Notes: generated by a model not told the origin, from the letters alone. Positions 1 through 9,733 are shown, counted from the first letter of the stretch. The stretch is 64,000 nucleotides of DNA from Wujia sp. (GCA_045531735.1 JAZSEO010000008.1:19896-83895); one strand, 5' to 3'. Program-made: numbers and translations.

Positions 1-765
<765 letters not shown>

Positions 766-794
766 TATAATGCCCCAGTAAATATATTTTTAAC

Positions 795-2057
795 TTAATA
801 TTCATAATTCAAATACTCTGAAATAAAGGATAACGAGCCACAGACTAATATGACATCCTCCTTCTTCATGTTATCCTTAGCCAGTGCTATAGCTGTCTCA
901 GCGTTTTTCGCAGTTTGAACTGGTATTCCCGCTTCCTTGATAAGCTCAGCCAAAGTTTCTTTTTCCAAGCCTCTTGGACTATCTGGTGTAATGGTAACGG
1001 CATACGACATTGTACTTTTGAGTATATCAATCATCTTAGTATATTCTTTATCTCTCAATACACCTATTATATAAATAATATTCCTATTTGTAAAATATTT
1101 ATTAACTGTATTTTTCAATATTTTCCATGCCTGCTCGTTGTGAGCACCATCAACATAGACAAGAGGATTTTCACTAACTCTGGTCATTCGACCTTTCCAA
1201 GTTGTATTCTTTAAACCTGCTACAATCGACTTATCCTTTACACTAATTCCACTATTTTTTATCACTTCAATAGCTGTCGCAGCATTAAGAAGCTGATGCT
1301 CTCCCAGCAAACCTATGGTATATGTTTTTTCCTTATATATAAAAACAGTTTCTTCTTGTGATATACTTATCTCCTCTAAATCATTTTTACTCACAAAGAT
1401 CAGATTAGTATTTTCTTTGCAACATTTATCAATAATGACTCTTGTTACTGTTCTGTCCTGTGGATAGGAAATACACATACTGTTTTTCTTTATTATTCCT
1501 ACCTTTTGCTTTGCGATTTTCTTCTGTGTACTACCAAGAAATTCCATATGATCCATGCTTATAGATGCCATAACCGAAACAATAGGCTTATCAATCACAT
1601 TTGTCGCATCCTGCAATCCACCCATACCACACTCAATAAGTGCATAATCTACTTTTTCTTCGAAAAAGTATAAATACGCTAATGCCGTTTCAATTTCAAA
1701 GGCTGTAGGACTATTCAAACCTTCCTTTTCCATCTCATCAACATGCTTTTTTATCTTTGAAATTAAATCTGCAAACTTGTCCTGTTCAATATTTTTCTTA
1801 TTAATTTGAAATCTTTCCAGATATGTGAAAATTGTTGGCGACACATATCTGCCGATAGTATATCCCTCCTGCAGCAATATCTGCTCTACAAAGGAAAAAA
1901 TGGAGCCCTTGCCATTTGTTCCCGCAATATGCAAGCATTTACACTTGTTTTGCGGATTGTCTAATCTTCGCAACAACTCCTTTACATTATCTAAGCCCGG
2001 CACAGAGCCGAGCTTATTTTTTTCTTCAATATAATCCATTGCCATAGCAAAATCCAT
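795..2057 (-). CDS. folC: bifunctional folylpolyglutamate synthase / dihydrofolate synthase
   Basis: Mur-ligase P-loop HIAGTNGKGS, 420 aa, full-length FolC-like architecture. SD GAGAGG lies upstream of the ATG. Confidence 0.9.
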   Translation of the reverse strand: MDFAMAMDYIEEKNKLGSVPGLDNVKELLRRLDNPQNKCKCLHIAGTNGKGSIFSFVEQILLQEGYTIGRYVSPTIFTYLERFQINKKNIEQDKFADLISKIKKHVDEMEKEGLNSPTAFEIETALAYLYFFEEKVDYALIECGMGGLQDATNVIDKPIVSVMASISMDHMEFLGSTQKKIAKQKVGIIKKNSMCISYPQDRTVTRVIIDKCCKENTNLIFVSKNDLEEISISQEETVFIYKEKTYTIGLLGEHQLLNAATAIEVIKNSGISVKDKSIVAGLKNTTWKGRMTRVSENPLVYVDGAHNEQAWKILKNTVNKYFTNRNIIYIIGVLRDKEYTKMIDILKSTMSYAVTITPDSPRGLEKETLAELIKEAGIPVQTAKNAETAIALAKDNMKKEDVILVCGSLSFISEYLNYEY

Positions 2058-2079
2058 GACTTGTACCTCTCAATGTATA

Positions 2080-3123
2080 TTACTCTTCTGTCTCAATTTT
2101 TACATGCTGAACTGGAACTGTATCCTCATCTATAGGAGCAATAATATAACCTTCCTCTTTAAGAGTGTCTATAAGAGACTGCAAACCCTCTATAGTGTGA
2201 TAATTGTTCTCTAAATCATGTAATAATACAATCGAATCACCCTGATTAGTTCTGACATAGCTCATAATATTTTCATTAAGCTGCTCAGGCGAAAGACTTG
2301 TATCTACTGCGTCGCCCGAAAGAGAATTCCAATCATAATAGGTTATTCCTTCTTCGTATAAATATTCCATGCAATCCTGAATTTCTACCTCAGAAACCGA
2401 ATTCGAGCTTCCTCCAGGGAATCTGTAATATGTACAATCAACACCAGTCTGTTCATATAGAAAATCATGAATCATGTCTACATCTTCAATAAAGGCTTCC
2501 TTGCTTGCATACATTGTATCATATACATGACTATAGGAATGCATGGCAAGTGTATGTCCCTCATCTACAATTCTGTTATACATTGGCCAAAGGCTTTCGT
2601 CCTCGTTGTACACAACAAAAAATGTTGCCTGAACATTGTTAGCCTTTAAAATATCCAAAAGCTCATCTGTGTAAATACTTGGACCATCATCAAATGTAAG
2701 GTATACCTTCTTTCCATTGTTCTGATATGCTCCTGCTGTATTCTGAGTTGTATCTTTCTCATCGACCTCATCAACTGTCTGTGACGGTACAGTTCCATCA
2801 TCAGTCAATGTAAGATACTCACTTGGTTCTGTAGTATTAATCTCCAAATCATCACTAGCACTATATTCAAGATTCATAATCTCCTGTGCAGCTTCATCCT
2901 CATCTATTACTTCTATCATCTCGTAGCCTTTGCTACCAAGCTTATTGGCAATATCATTTATCTTAGACTCTAAATTGTTCATCCTCGCCATAAGATAAAG
3001 GCATAACAAAATAGGTAAAGCGCATACAATAACAAATGTAGCGATAATTACCCTTTTTATGTTATCTACATTTCGTCTGTTATATGAATTTTCTTTGGTT
3101 GAAATTTTTTTTGCGTCACTCAT
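2080..3123 (-). CDS. membrane-anchored polysaccharide deacetylase (NodB homology domain)
   Basis: N-terminal TM helix, acidic linker, then NodB motifs YLTFDDGPS, HSYSH and LLHD. Confidence 0.85.
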   Translation of the reverse strand: MSDAKKISTKENSYNRRNVDNIKRVIIATFVIVCALPILLCLYLMARMNNLESKINDIANKLGSKGYEMIEVIDEDEAAQEIMNLEYSASDDLEINTTEPSEYLTLTDDGTVPSQTVDEVDEKDTTQNTAGAYQNNGKKVYLTFDDGPSIYTDELLDILKANNVQATFFVVYNEDESLWPMYNRIVDEGHTLAMHSYSHVYDTMYASKEAFIEDVDMIHDFLYEQTGVDCTYYRFPGGSSNSVSEVEIQDCMEYLYEEGITYYDWNSLSGDAVDTSLSPEQLNENIMSYVRTNQGDSIVLLHDLENNYHTIEGLQSLIDTLKEEGYIIAPIDEDTVPVQHVKIETEE

Positions 3124-3227
3124 AAAATTAATCCTTTACAAATCTAGATATTGTGGTATAATACTACTATAATACAAATTGTAATGTGCAATCTTTCTTG
3201 GAATAACCAAAAAAGGTTGCAATTTTT

Positions 3228-3256
3228 ATTTTACTATTTTTTCTATATTATGTCAA
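3228..3256 (-). promoter_or_regulatory. putative sigma-A promoter for the deacetylase gene
   Basis: On the reverse strand: TTGACA, a 17-nt spacer, then TAAAAT. It lies about 100 nt upstream of the ATG at 3123. Confidence 0.4.
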
Positions 3257-3278
3257 GTGGTTAGTAATTATTTCTTAT

Positions 3279-4115
3279 TCATTTCTTAACATTTTTGTAA
3301 TATAATTCCCTCCACCTTTTTCCCTCATTTTGTATTTCTTGCGTTAATTTCGCCAATTCATCATATTGCTTTTTATATTGCTTCTCAATTTTATTTGCCT
3401 CGTCCTGTAACATATTATCGTAAACCTCTTGAGCTTTATGTAAACTTTGATTTAAATGTTCTTCTCTTTCACTCACATCCTTTTTCAATTGTTCAATATA
3501 TATATTGTTTTTGTCTAATGTTCGTCTTACAGTTTGTATCTCATCCTTTATTTTTTGTATATCCTTGCATTTATATAATTTACACTCTTCTAAATTAATA
3601 TCACCCATCTTATCTATATTTATAACATATTGTCTACCGGTACTTTCTTCCAAAAGCTTTATGTTGCAATACCATTCCCCATTATTTTCATAAAATTTAT
3701 AAGATTCAACTGGGTATTCAGAAACTAAAAGTGTTTTAGAATTTCTATTGCCAAAAGGAGGAACATATCTTATTTCATATTGTTTGTTAGATTTCTTAAC
3801 CATATAAAACACAAATATTACTGTAGCCAACTTTTCTATTCTTATATTACTCATCTCAAATCCATCTATTGTTCCTGACAGCAATACGACACGTTCACCC
3901 TCGCCAACTGTATGCCAAACTAAATCGTTCTGAATATTAAAATAAGCTATGCATACCTTATCAGCATCACAAAAAAAATTCAGTTCTGACCTATAATCTC
4001 TGCTTATTATCATTTGTCTGTTTATTCTTCCTCCAAATGGCATAAGAATTATATTGTTACCATCATCATATATTACCCCTTTGGCACCAGTCTCCTGCTC
4101 ATAGAAAAAACCCAT
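3279..4115 (-). CDS. hypothetical protein, beta-rich N-terminal part plus C-terminal coiled coil
   Basis: The ATG at 4115 is preceded by AAAGGAGA (the track's first M is a TTG). The C-terminal ~100 aa are heptad-like and K/E/Q-rich. I recognise no family. Confidence 0.6.
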   Translation of the reverse strand: MGFFYEQETGAKGVIYDDGNNIILMPFGGRINRQMIISRDYRSELNFFCDADKVCIAYFNIQNDLVWHTVGEGERVVLLSGTIDGFEMSNIRIEKLATVIFVFYMVKKSNKQYEIRYVPPFGNRNSKTLLVSEYPVESYKFYENNGEWYCNIKLLEESTGRQYVINIDKMGDINLEECKLYKCKDIQKIKDEIQTVRRTLDKNNIYIEQLKKDVSEREEHLNQSLHKAQEVYDNMLQDEANKIEKQYKKQYDELAKLTQEIQNEGKRWRELYYKNVKK

Positions 4116-4216
4116 CAAAATCTCCTTTATTTATTCTTTTATAATATATGTTGAAAATGAACAAAAATAACTTAGGCGAATATATTATTGTAAGCATATT
4201 TGAAAGGAATATTATT

Positions 4217-5101
4217 ATGTCTAAGTGCTCTTGTAATCGTAAAATAATGAGTAACGCTGTAGCTAGTGGTCTATTTACAGATAGCTGTTTAGATGTGTGT
4301 GTTAATCCTCAATGTGGAGACCCTGAATATCTTACAATCCTTGCACCTGTAGTATATGATGAAATAGGAATCAACATTTGCCGTTCTATTCCTCTACCAG
4401 CCGACACTGCTGCTGAATTTCCAACCGCTGTATATGCCAGTGCAGAAGTTATCGATATCACACTTCCTGCACCTACCGCAGAAGCGGGAGGAACAACAAT
4501 AACACCTATAGCAAACAGAGCAAATTGCTACGAGGTTGAACTTAGTAACTTATCTGTAACTTTCGCTGTAAGACTTTACGATTGCTGTAAACGACTTTTG
4601 ACAACACTTACTATACCTGCAGTTATTTATCTTCCACCTGTAACAACAGATGAAGGTTATGACGTTGATACTAATCCTACCTCTGTTGCTATGGATATTT
4701 TTGCTCCATACGGTGTAGTTTATGTTGATGGTGCAGTAACAGAACCTACAATCAACTTTATAGGTTTCTCTACAACAAATAGTAGTCTTGAACAGGGCTT
4801 AAACCTCATGGCAATTCCTAAAGTGTTAGACTTTGATCTCACTTCCGGCACAATAACTATAGGTCTTACACTTATAGTTAAATCAATTTATTTTACACAG
4901 TATCAAATTCCTCATAACGGAAGAGCCATTGTTTCTAAAGGCAGTCTCAATTCCAGCGAAGATTCAGTTTGTATGGATTTTGTTTCCGGAAGTCTGCTTG
5001 ACCGAAACATCAAGCCTCTTGAGGTTTGTAATCCATACGATAAAAAAGAGGTATGTGAAGACGTTGACCCAACAGCATGCCAATCAACAGTTGAGGAATA
5101 A
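4217..5101 (+). CDS. hypothetical cysteine-rich, beta-rich protein
   Basis: The best start is MSKCSCNRK at 4217, behind GAAAGGAA. There are Cys clusters at both ends (CSC..C..C..C and C..C..C..C). The body is T/V/I/P-rich with no TM helix or signal peptide. I recognise no family. Confidence 0.6.
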   Translation: MSKCSCNRKIMSNAVASGLFTDSCLDVCVNPQCGDPEYLTILAPVVYDEIGINICRSIPLPADTAAEFPTAVYASAEVIDITLPAPTAEAGGTTITPIANRANCYEVELSNLSVTFAVRLYDCCKRLLTTLTIPAVIYLPPVTTDEGYDVDTNPTSVAMDIFAPYGVVYVDGAVTEPTINFIGFSTTNSSLEQGLNLMAIPKVLDFDLTSGTITIGLTLIVKSIYFTQYQIPHNGRAIVSKGSLNSSEDSVCMDFVSGSLLDRNIKPLEVCNPYDKKEVCEDVDPTACQSTVEE

Positions 5102-5120
5102 TTTTTTTTATTAGAATTTT

Positions 5121-5139
5121 TTTACCAATGGATTTTATT
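5121..5139 (+). repeat. 19-nt exact intergenic repeat, copy 1 (TTTACCAATGGATTTTATT)
   Basis: Identical 19-mer at 9632..9650. It lies 17 nt upstream of a TTGCAA -35-like hexamer (5157..5162) for the lipoprotein gene. Confidence 0.8.
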
Positions 5140-5210
5140 CTATTTTTAAATATTCTTTGCAAATAAGGTAATACTATTTTTACAATATTTTAAAACAAGG
5201 AGTATTTAAT

Positions 5211-5495
5211 ATGAAAAGAATAAAATCCATTTTATTATTATCAGCATCATTAATTTTGCTTTGCTTCACATTAACAGCATGTGGTGATGACGAGACATCT
5301 AGAGATACTGCAACTGAAACAAATACATCTGAGGATAACAACAACCTCATGGATGACATTGAAAACGGTGTTGAGGATGCAGCAGATGATGTTAAAGATG
5401 GTGCAGATGACATAATCGATGACGTCAAGGACGGCGTCGACAATGCAACAGATACAAACAGTAAAAATGAGTCTTCAACAAGCTCTAACAGATAA
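5211..5495 (+). CDS. small acidic lipoprotein
   Basis: Signal peptide plus lipobox LTACG. Very D/E-rich mature part with the repeat DDVKDG(A/V)D. SD AAGGAG. Confidence 0.75.
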   Translation: MKRIKSILLLSASLILLCFTLTACGDDETSRDTATETNTSEDNNNLMDDIENGVEDAADDVKDGADDIIDDVKDGVDNATDTNSKNESSTSSNR

Positions 5496-5511
5496 CCAAT
5501 AGGTTAATATT

Positions 5512-5556
5512 AAAAAAAGACCTGACTAGATGTTTGTCTAATCAGGTCTTTCGTTT
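5512..5556. terminator. bidirectional intrinsic terminator
   Basis: 8-bp stem AGACCTGA/TCAGGTCT (5518..5549), flanked by an A-run and a T-run. It lies between convergent genes. Confidence 0.6.
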
Positions 5557-5897
5557 TTAAAGGATGGTTCTATCTTATTCATCATGATATCGTATTGTTC
5601 ATACATTTTTTGCACACTGTTTTCCAATAAATAATAATGCATTACATATGGAATAAGTAAAACTAAAAACGCGACTGTAAGTGCGAGAATTATCATATCA
5701 CCACTATGATTAAGATATAATATACTCATAACGGTTCCTATTGCAAAAAGTGCCATTACGATAAGATGCACCTGTCTTTCATGAGCAAAAAAGCCCACCT
5801 GCACCAAATGTTTTTTTGACTCCTTCTCCCAATCGACATCCTCTTTTTCCAATAGCTCGTCTATATATTTTAGATATGCCAAAATTCGTTTTTTCAT
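5538..5897 (-). CDS. small membrane protein (2 predicted TM helices)
   Basis: 119 aa with two hydrophobic stretches. No recognisable family. Confidence 0.55.
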   Translation of the reverse strand: MKKRILAYLKYIDELLEKEDVDWEKESKKHLVQVGFFAHERQVHLIVMALFAIGTVMSILYLNHSGDMIILALTVAFLVLLIPYVMHYYLLENSVQKMYEQYDIMMNKIEPSFKNERPD

Positions 5898-6077
5898 AGG
5901 TCACCTCCTATTTATTACTATTAATATTTTACTGCCAATTCCATTTTCTTGCAATAAGCTATATATTTTACCATTACAAAATATCCCATAGTATTGTAAG
6001 AAAAAAAGTGTTATAATAGGTTCACTTGGTTAAATATTTCATAAATTTAATATATATATTTTAAACGGAGGATAATT

Positions 6078-7448
6078 ATGTCTGACAATATAAACAACAA
6101 CGATGAATTTGATGACAAGGACGAATATGAAAAATATTGTTATCTGTGTCGACGACCAGAATCATCTGCGGGTCCATTTATAACCCTGCAGGAGAATATA
6201 CATATTTGTAACAATTGTATGCAAAAAAGCTTTGACTCCTTTAATAGCAATGCAATGCAGTATATTGATCTTAGCAAGATGCCTAACATCAACATGTCTC
6301 AGTTTATGCCTTTTGATGATATTCCAAAATCACAAAAGGTAAAAAAGAAAAAGAAAAAAGAAAAAACTGAAGAAGTTCCTCTTACTATGGAAAACATTCC
6401 TGCACCTCACAAAATCAAAGCTATGCTTGATGAGTATGTAGTAGGACAGGAATATGCAAAAAAAGCCATTTCTGTCGCTGTATACAACCATTACAAAAGA
6501 GTTATCACAGACTCTATGGATGACATTGAAATAGAAAAATCAAATATGCTTATGCTCGGTCCAACAGGTTGCGGTAAAACATATCTTGTAAAAACAATTG
6601 CAAGACTTTTACATGTTCCTCTTGCAATAACTGATGCTACTACACTTACCGAAGCCGGCTATATAGGTGATGATGTTGAAAGTATACTCTCAAAGCTTTT
6701 AGCTGTAGCGGACAACGATGTAGAAAAAGCAGAACGCGGAATTGTTTTTATTGATGAAATTGATAAAATTGCAAAAAAGAAGGAAACACACAGCAGAGAT
6801 GTCAGTGGTGAATCTGTTCAACAGGGATTACTCAAAATTCTTGAAGGTGCAGAGGTTGAAGTTCCTGTAGGCTCTGGAAGTAAAAACGCCATGACCCCTA
6901 CTACCACTATGAATACAAGAAACATTTTATTCATCTGTGGTGGAGCTTTTCCTGAGATTGAAAAAATCATCAAGCAACGTCTTAACAAGCAATCCTCTAT
7001 GGGATTTAACGCTGATTTAAAAGACAAATACGATAACGAAGACAATATAATCAAAGAAGTAACAAATGAGGACTTGCGTGACTTTGGTATGATACCAGAA
7101 TTTTTAGGACGTCTTCCTGTACTTTTCACTTTGGATGCATTAGATAAGGATATGTATATAAAAATTTTAAAAGAGCCTAAAAATGCTATTTTAAAGCAAT
7201 ACCAAAAACTCCTTGCTCTAGATGAGGTAGATTTACAATTTGATGATAGTGCTTATGAAGCTATCGCTACACTTGCTTTAGAAAAGAAAACCGGTGCCAG
7301 AGCTCTCCGTGCCATCATCGAGAAGTTCATGCTCGATATTATGTACGAAATCCCAAGAGATGACAGTATCGGAAAAGTTACAATTACAGGAGACTATATA
7401 AATAAAAAAGGTGCTCCTGTCATAGAATTAAGAGGTACAAACCTATAA
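6078..7448 (+). CDS. clpX: ATP-dependent Clp protease ATP-binding subunit ClpX (orphan locus, long N-terminal linker)
   Basis: C4 zinc ribbon (CYLC...CNNC), Walker A GPTGCGKT, pore loop GYIG, Walker B FIDEIDK, and an MGF loop equivalent to IGF. SD GGAGGA. Confidence 0.9.
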   Translation: MSDNINNNDEFDDKDEYEKYCYLCRRPESSAGPFITLQENIHICNNCMQKSFDSFNSNAMQYIDLSKMPNINMSQFMPFDDIPKSQKVKKKKKKEKTEEVPLTMENIPAPHKIKAMLDEYVVGQEYAKKAISVAVYNHYKRVITDSMDDIEIEKSNMLMLGPTGCGKTYLVKTIARLLHVPLAITDATTLTEAGYIGDDVESILSKLLAVADNDVEKAERGIVFIDEIDKIAKKKETHSRDVSGESVQQGLLKILEGAEVEVPVGSGSKNAMTPTTTMNTRNILFICGGAFPEIEKIIKQRLNKQSSMGFNADLKDKYDNEDNIIKEVTNEDLRDFGMIPEFLGRLPVLFTLDALDKDMYIKILKEPKNAILKQYQKLLALDEVDLQFDDSAYEAIATLALEKKTGARALRAIIEKFMLDIMYEIPRDDSIGKVTITGDYINKKGAPVIELRGTNL

Positions 7449-7458
7449 AGGAGTATAT

Positions 7459-8169
7459 ATGGAAACTGCAATTATTGCTCACCGCGGTGCATCCTACCTC
7501 GCAAAACAGGACAATACCTTAGAAGCATTTCAGCTTGCCATAGATATCGGTGCTGATTACGTGGAGTTTGATGTCAGACAGACAAAGGACGAGAAGCTTA
7601 TTGTTTTTCACGATAACAATGTAAAAGGGTATCTTATATCTGATACCACCTACAAGGACATCTGTGATATAACTGAAAAATATGACTTTAAACCACCTCT
7701 TCTATCGGATGTATTAGAACTGTGTCGTGGTAAAATAAAATTAGATATTGAAATAAAAGAAGCCGGTTACGAAGAAAAGGTCATTGATATGGTCACAAAG
7801 CTTTTTAATTATGATTCTTTTATGATGAAATCCTTTTTAGACAGATGTGTTTTCAGGATAAAACACATTGATTCCAAAATCAAAGCAGGTTTGCTACTAT
7901 CCAGCAATGCTATAGGAATAAAAAAGCGATTTAATAACGCCTTCCCCGAGCTTAGAATCAAAGCCTGCAAAGCAGACTTTGTCTCTCCTCATCATAAGCT
8001 TGCAAATTCCTTTTTCTTGCGACGTATGTTTTTAGAGAATATGGAGGTATATGTTTGGACCGTAAACGAGCCTCGTTTAATTGAAAAATTTCTCAAAAAA
8101 AATGTATCTGGAATTATTACAGATAAACCGGATGCAGGAATCTATACAAAGAAAAAGTTATATGAATAA
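7459..8169 (+). CDS. glycerophosphodiester phosphodiesterase family protein
   Basis: GDPD motifs IAHRGAS, NTLEAF, GADYVEFDVRQTKD and VFHD. Confidence 0.85.
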   Translation: METAIIAHRGASYLAKQDNTLEAFQLAIDIGADYVEFDVRQTKDEKLIVFHDNNVKGYLISDTTYKDICDITEKYDFKPPLLSDVLELCRGKIKLDIEIKEAGYEEKVIDMVTKLFNYDSFMMKSFLDRCVFRIKHIDSKIKAGLLLSSNAIGIKKRFNNAFPELRIKACKADFVSPHHKLANSFFLRRMFLENMEVYVWTVNEPRLIEKFLKKNVSGIITDKPDAGIYTKKKLYE

Positions 8170-8211
8170 ATCACAAGAAAGGACTGCATTTTACATGCAT
8201 AAGGTATTAAC

Positions 8212-9012
8212 ATGAAATACAAAGTTGGATTTATCGGATGCGGAAACATGGCATCAGCTATTATCGGAGGACTTATCAACAACGCACACATCAAACCAGA
8301 AGAAATACTCGCTTCTGATGCCTCTCAAAACGCTGTTGAAGTTGCAAACAAAACTTTGGGTGTTGATATTACTACAGATAATCTTACTGTCGCAAAAAAC
8401 TGCGAAATTCTATTTTTATCTGTAAAACCTCAATACTACGAGACAGTTATCACAGAAATCAAAAACTTACTTACCACTGAGCAACTTGTCATAACCATAG
8501 CTCCAGGAAAAACTTTAGCTTGGTTAGCGGACCGTTTGGGAGAAAATATAAAAATAATAAGAACTATGCCTAACACTCCTGCTCTAGTAGGCGAAGGTAT
8601 TACTGGCGTATGCAAAAATGCCCTTGTCACAGACGAGGAATTTACATATGCGCTATCTCTCCTCAGCAGTTTTGGATTAGCTGAGGCAGTACCAGAAAGT
8701 CTTATGGATGCTGTCGTTTCTGTCAGTGGAAGTTCACCTGCCTATGTATTTATGTTTATAGAAGCCATGGCAGATGCCGCTGTTGCTGACGGAATGCCAA
8801 GAGCTCAGGCTTACAAATTTGCAGCACAGGCAGTATTAGGAAGTGCCAAGATGGTATTAGAGACAGGAAAACATCCAGGCGAATTAAAAGACATGGTCTG
8901 TTCTCCTGGTGGAACTACAATTGAAGCTGTACGAGTTCTTGAGGAAAAAGGCTTTAGAAGCTCAGTTATGGAAGCAATGAAAGCCTGTACTTCAAAAGCA
9001 AAAGGACTTTAA
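8212..9012 (+). CDS. proC: pyrroline-5-carboxylate reductase
   Basis: N-terminal Rossmann GFIGCGNMA, a C-terminal SPGGTT motif, and 266 aa length. Confidence 0.92.
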   Translation: MKYKVGFIGCGNMASAIIGGLINNAHIKPEEILASDASQNAVEVANKTLGVDITTDNLTVAKNCEILFLSVKPQYYETVITEIKNLLTTEQLVITIAPGKTLAWLADRLGENIKIIRTMPNTPALVGEGITGVCKNALVTDEEFTYALSLLSSFGLAEAVPESLMDAVVSVSGSSPAYVFMFIEAMADAAVADGMPRAQAYKFAAQAVLGSAKMVLETGKHPGELKDMVCSPGGTTIEAVRVLEEKGFRSSVMEAMKACTSKAKGL

Positions 9013-9022
9013 TTATAAAAAA

Positions 9023-9054
9023 GGAGACGATGCACATATAATTACATCGTCTCC
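9023..9054. terminator. bidirectional intrinsic terminator
   Basis: 10-bp perfect stem GGAGACGATG/CATCGTCTCC. An A-run lies before it and CTCTTTT after it. It sits between convergent proC and the gene at 9078. Confidence 0.75.
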
Positions 9055-9077
9055 TCTTTTATATTGGTAAAGTGAAA

Positions 9078-9503
9078 TTATAATGAGAAAGAACCTTCCT
9101 CACCATCTGCTGTATAATATACCATATTAGTCTCTGGCTGATAGTATACGTTTAAGCTCTTTGGAGCCTTAGCAAGCTTCTCTAAAGTCATAGCTGTGAT
9201 ATTAGCTGTATCCATCTGACCACCAGCGTACTCTACGATAACCTTAACCTCTGCTGCCTTCTTAGTAGCTGCCTTTTTAGCTGGAGCTTTCTTTGCAGGA
9301 GCCTTCTTAGCTGGAGCTTCTTTCTTCTCAGCTGCTTTAGCTGGAGCTTCCTTCTTCTCAGCTGTCTTAGTTGCTGCTGCCTTAGTTGTAGTTGCCTTCT
9401 TTGCAGGAGCCTTCTTAGCTGGAGTTTCTTTCTTCTCAGCTGCCTTAGCTGCTGCTTCTACCTTAGCCATAGTTGAATCTACTGTTGCTTTCTTAACTGC
9501 CAT
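9078..9503 (-). CDS. Ala/Lys/Pro-rich (histone-H1-like) protein with a small globular C-terminal domain
   Basis: Start MAVKK at 9503 behind GGAGGA. About 85 aa are made of AKK/PAK/AEKKEAPAK repeats, followed by ~55 aa of non-repetitive sequence (VKVIVEYAGGQ...). Confidence 0.7.
   Translation of the reverse strand: MAVKKATVDSTMAKVEAAAKAAEKKETPAKKAPAKKATTTKAAATKTAEKKEAPAKAAEKKEAPAKKAPAKKAPAKKAATKKAAEVKVIVEYAGGQMDTANITAMTLEKLAKAPKSLNVYYQPETNMVYYTADGEEGSFSL
9309..9446 (-). repeat. 30-bp coding repeats within the AKP-rich gene
   Basis: The units at 9309..9338 and 9339..9368 are tandem and 28/30 identical. A third copy lies at 9417..9446. Each encodes an AEKKEAPAK-type unit. Confidence 0.85.
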
Positions 9504-9631
9504 AGTTACATTCCTCCATAAAAAAATTATATACCTCTTTTGTCTATACAATGTTGTCTTTTCTAAAACGCTACGACGATAATAACCTTTTTTCGAGGTT
9601 TTTGCAAGTTTTTTGATAATTTTCTTAAGTA

Positions 9632-9650
9632 TTTACCAATGGATTTTATT
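9632..9650 (+). repeat. 19-nt exact intergenic repeat, copy 2 (TTTACCAATGGATTTTATT)
   Basis: Identical to 5121..5139. It lies 24 nt from the TTGCAA -35 hexamer (9602..9607) of the reverse-strand promoter TTGCAA-17-TATTAT for the AKP-rich gene. Confidence 0.8.
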
Positions 9651-9680
9651 TTTCGATTTAAAAAAAATACATTTTGCACA

Positions 9681-9733
9681 ATAAAAAACAGCGATATTAT
9701 CCACTAAAAAAACAAGTGAATTATTATCGCTGT
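9681..9733 (-). terminator. intrinsic terminator of the PilZ gene
   Basis: Stem ACAGCGATA/TATCGCTGT overlaps the stop codon and is followed on the reverse strand by TTTTTTATT. Confidence 0.6.

Noticed and set aside
915-1214. A 99-aa + strand ORF inside folC. Similar shadow ORFs occur throughout the track, e.g. 14492..14902, 28692..29108, 34760..35368, 49133..49423 and 62459..62887.
   Set aside because: All are antisense or out-of-frame within genes that carry strong family motifs. They have low-complexity, hydrophobic or S/T/I-rich composition typical of AT-rich shadow frames, and no SD.
3135-3162. Near-consensus + strand promoter (TTTACA-16-TGgTATAAT) facing the 3' end of the reverse-strand gene at 3279. 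It could make an antisense RNA overlapping the deacetylase 5' UTR.
   Set aside because: There is no downstream + strand gene and no convincing terminator. Promoter-like hexamers are frequent by chance in such AT-rich spacers. It would need TSS data.
5180-5443. 87-aa Ser/Thr-rich reverse-strand ORF overlapping the small lipoprotein gene
   Set aside because: It is the antisense reading of the D/E-repeat codons. The + strand gene has an SD, a signal peptide and a lipobox, and the reverse ORF has none of these.
6018-6034. CtsR-like direct repeat (AGGTTCActtGGTTAAA) just downstream of the clpX -10
   Set aside because: Only the second heptad is close to GGTCAAA (6/7); the first matches about 4/7. 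That is too weak to call without a genome-wide matrix scan.
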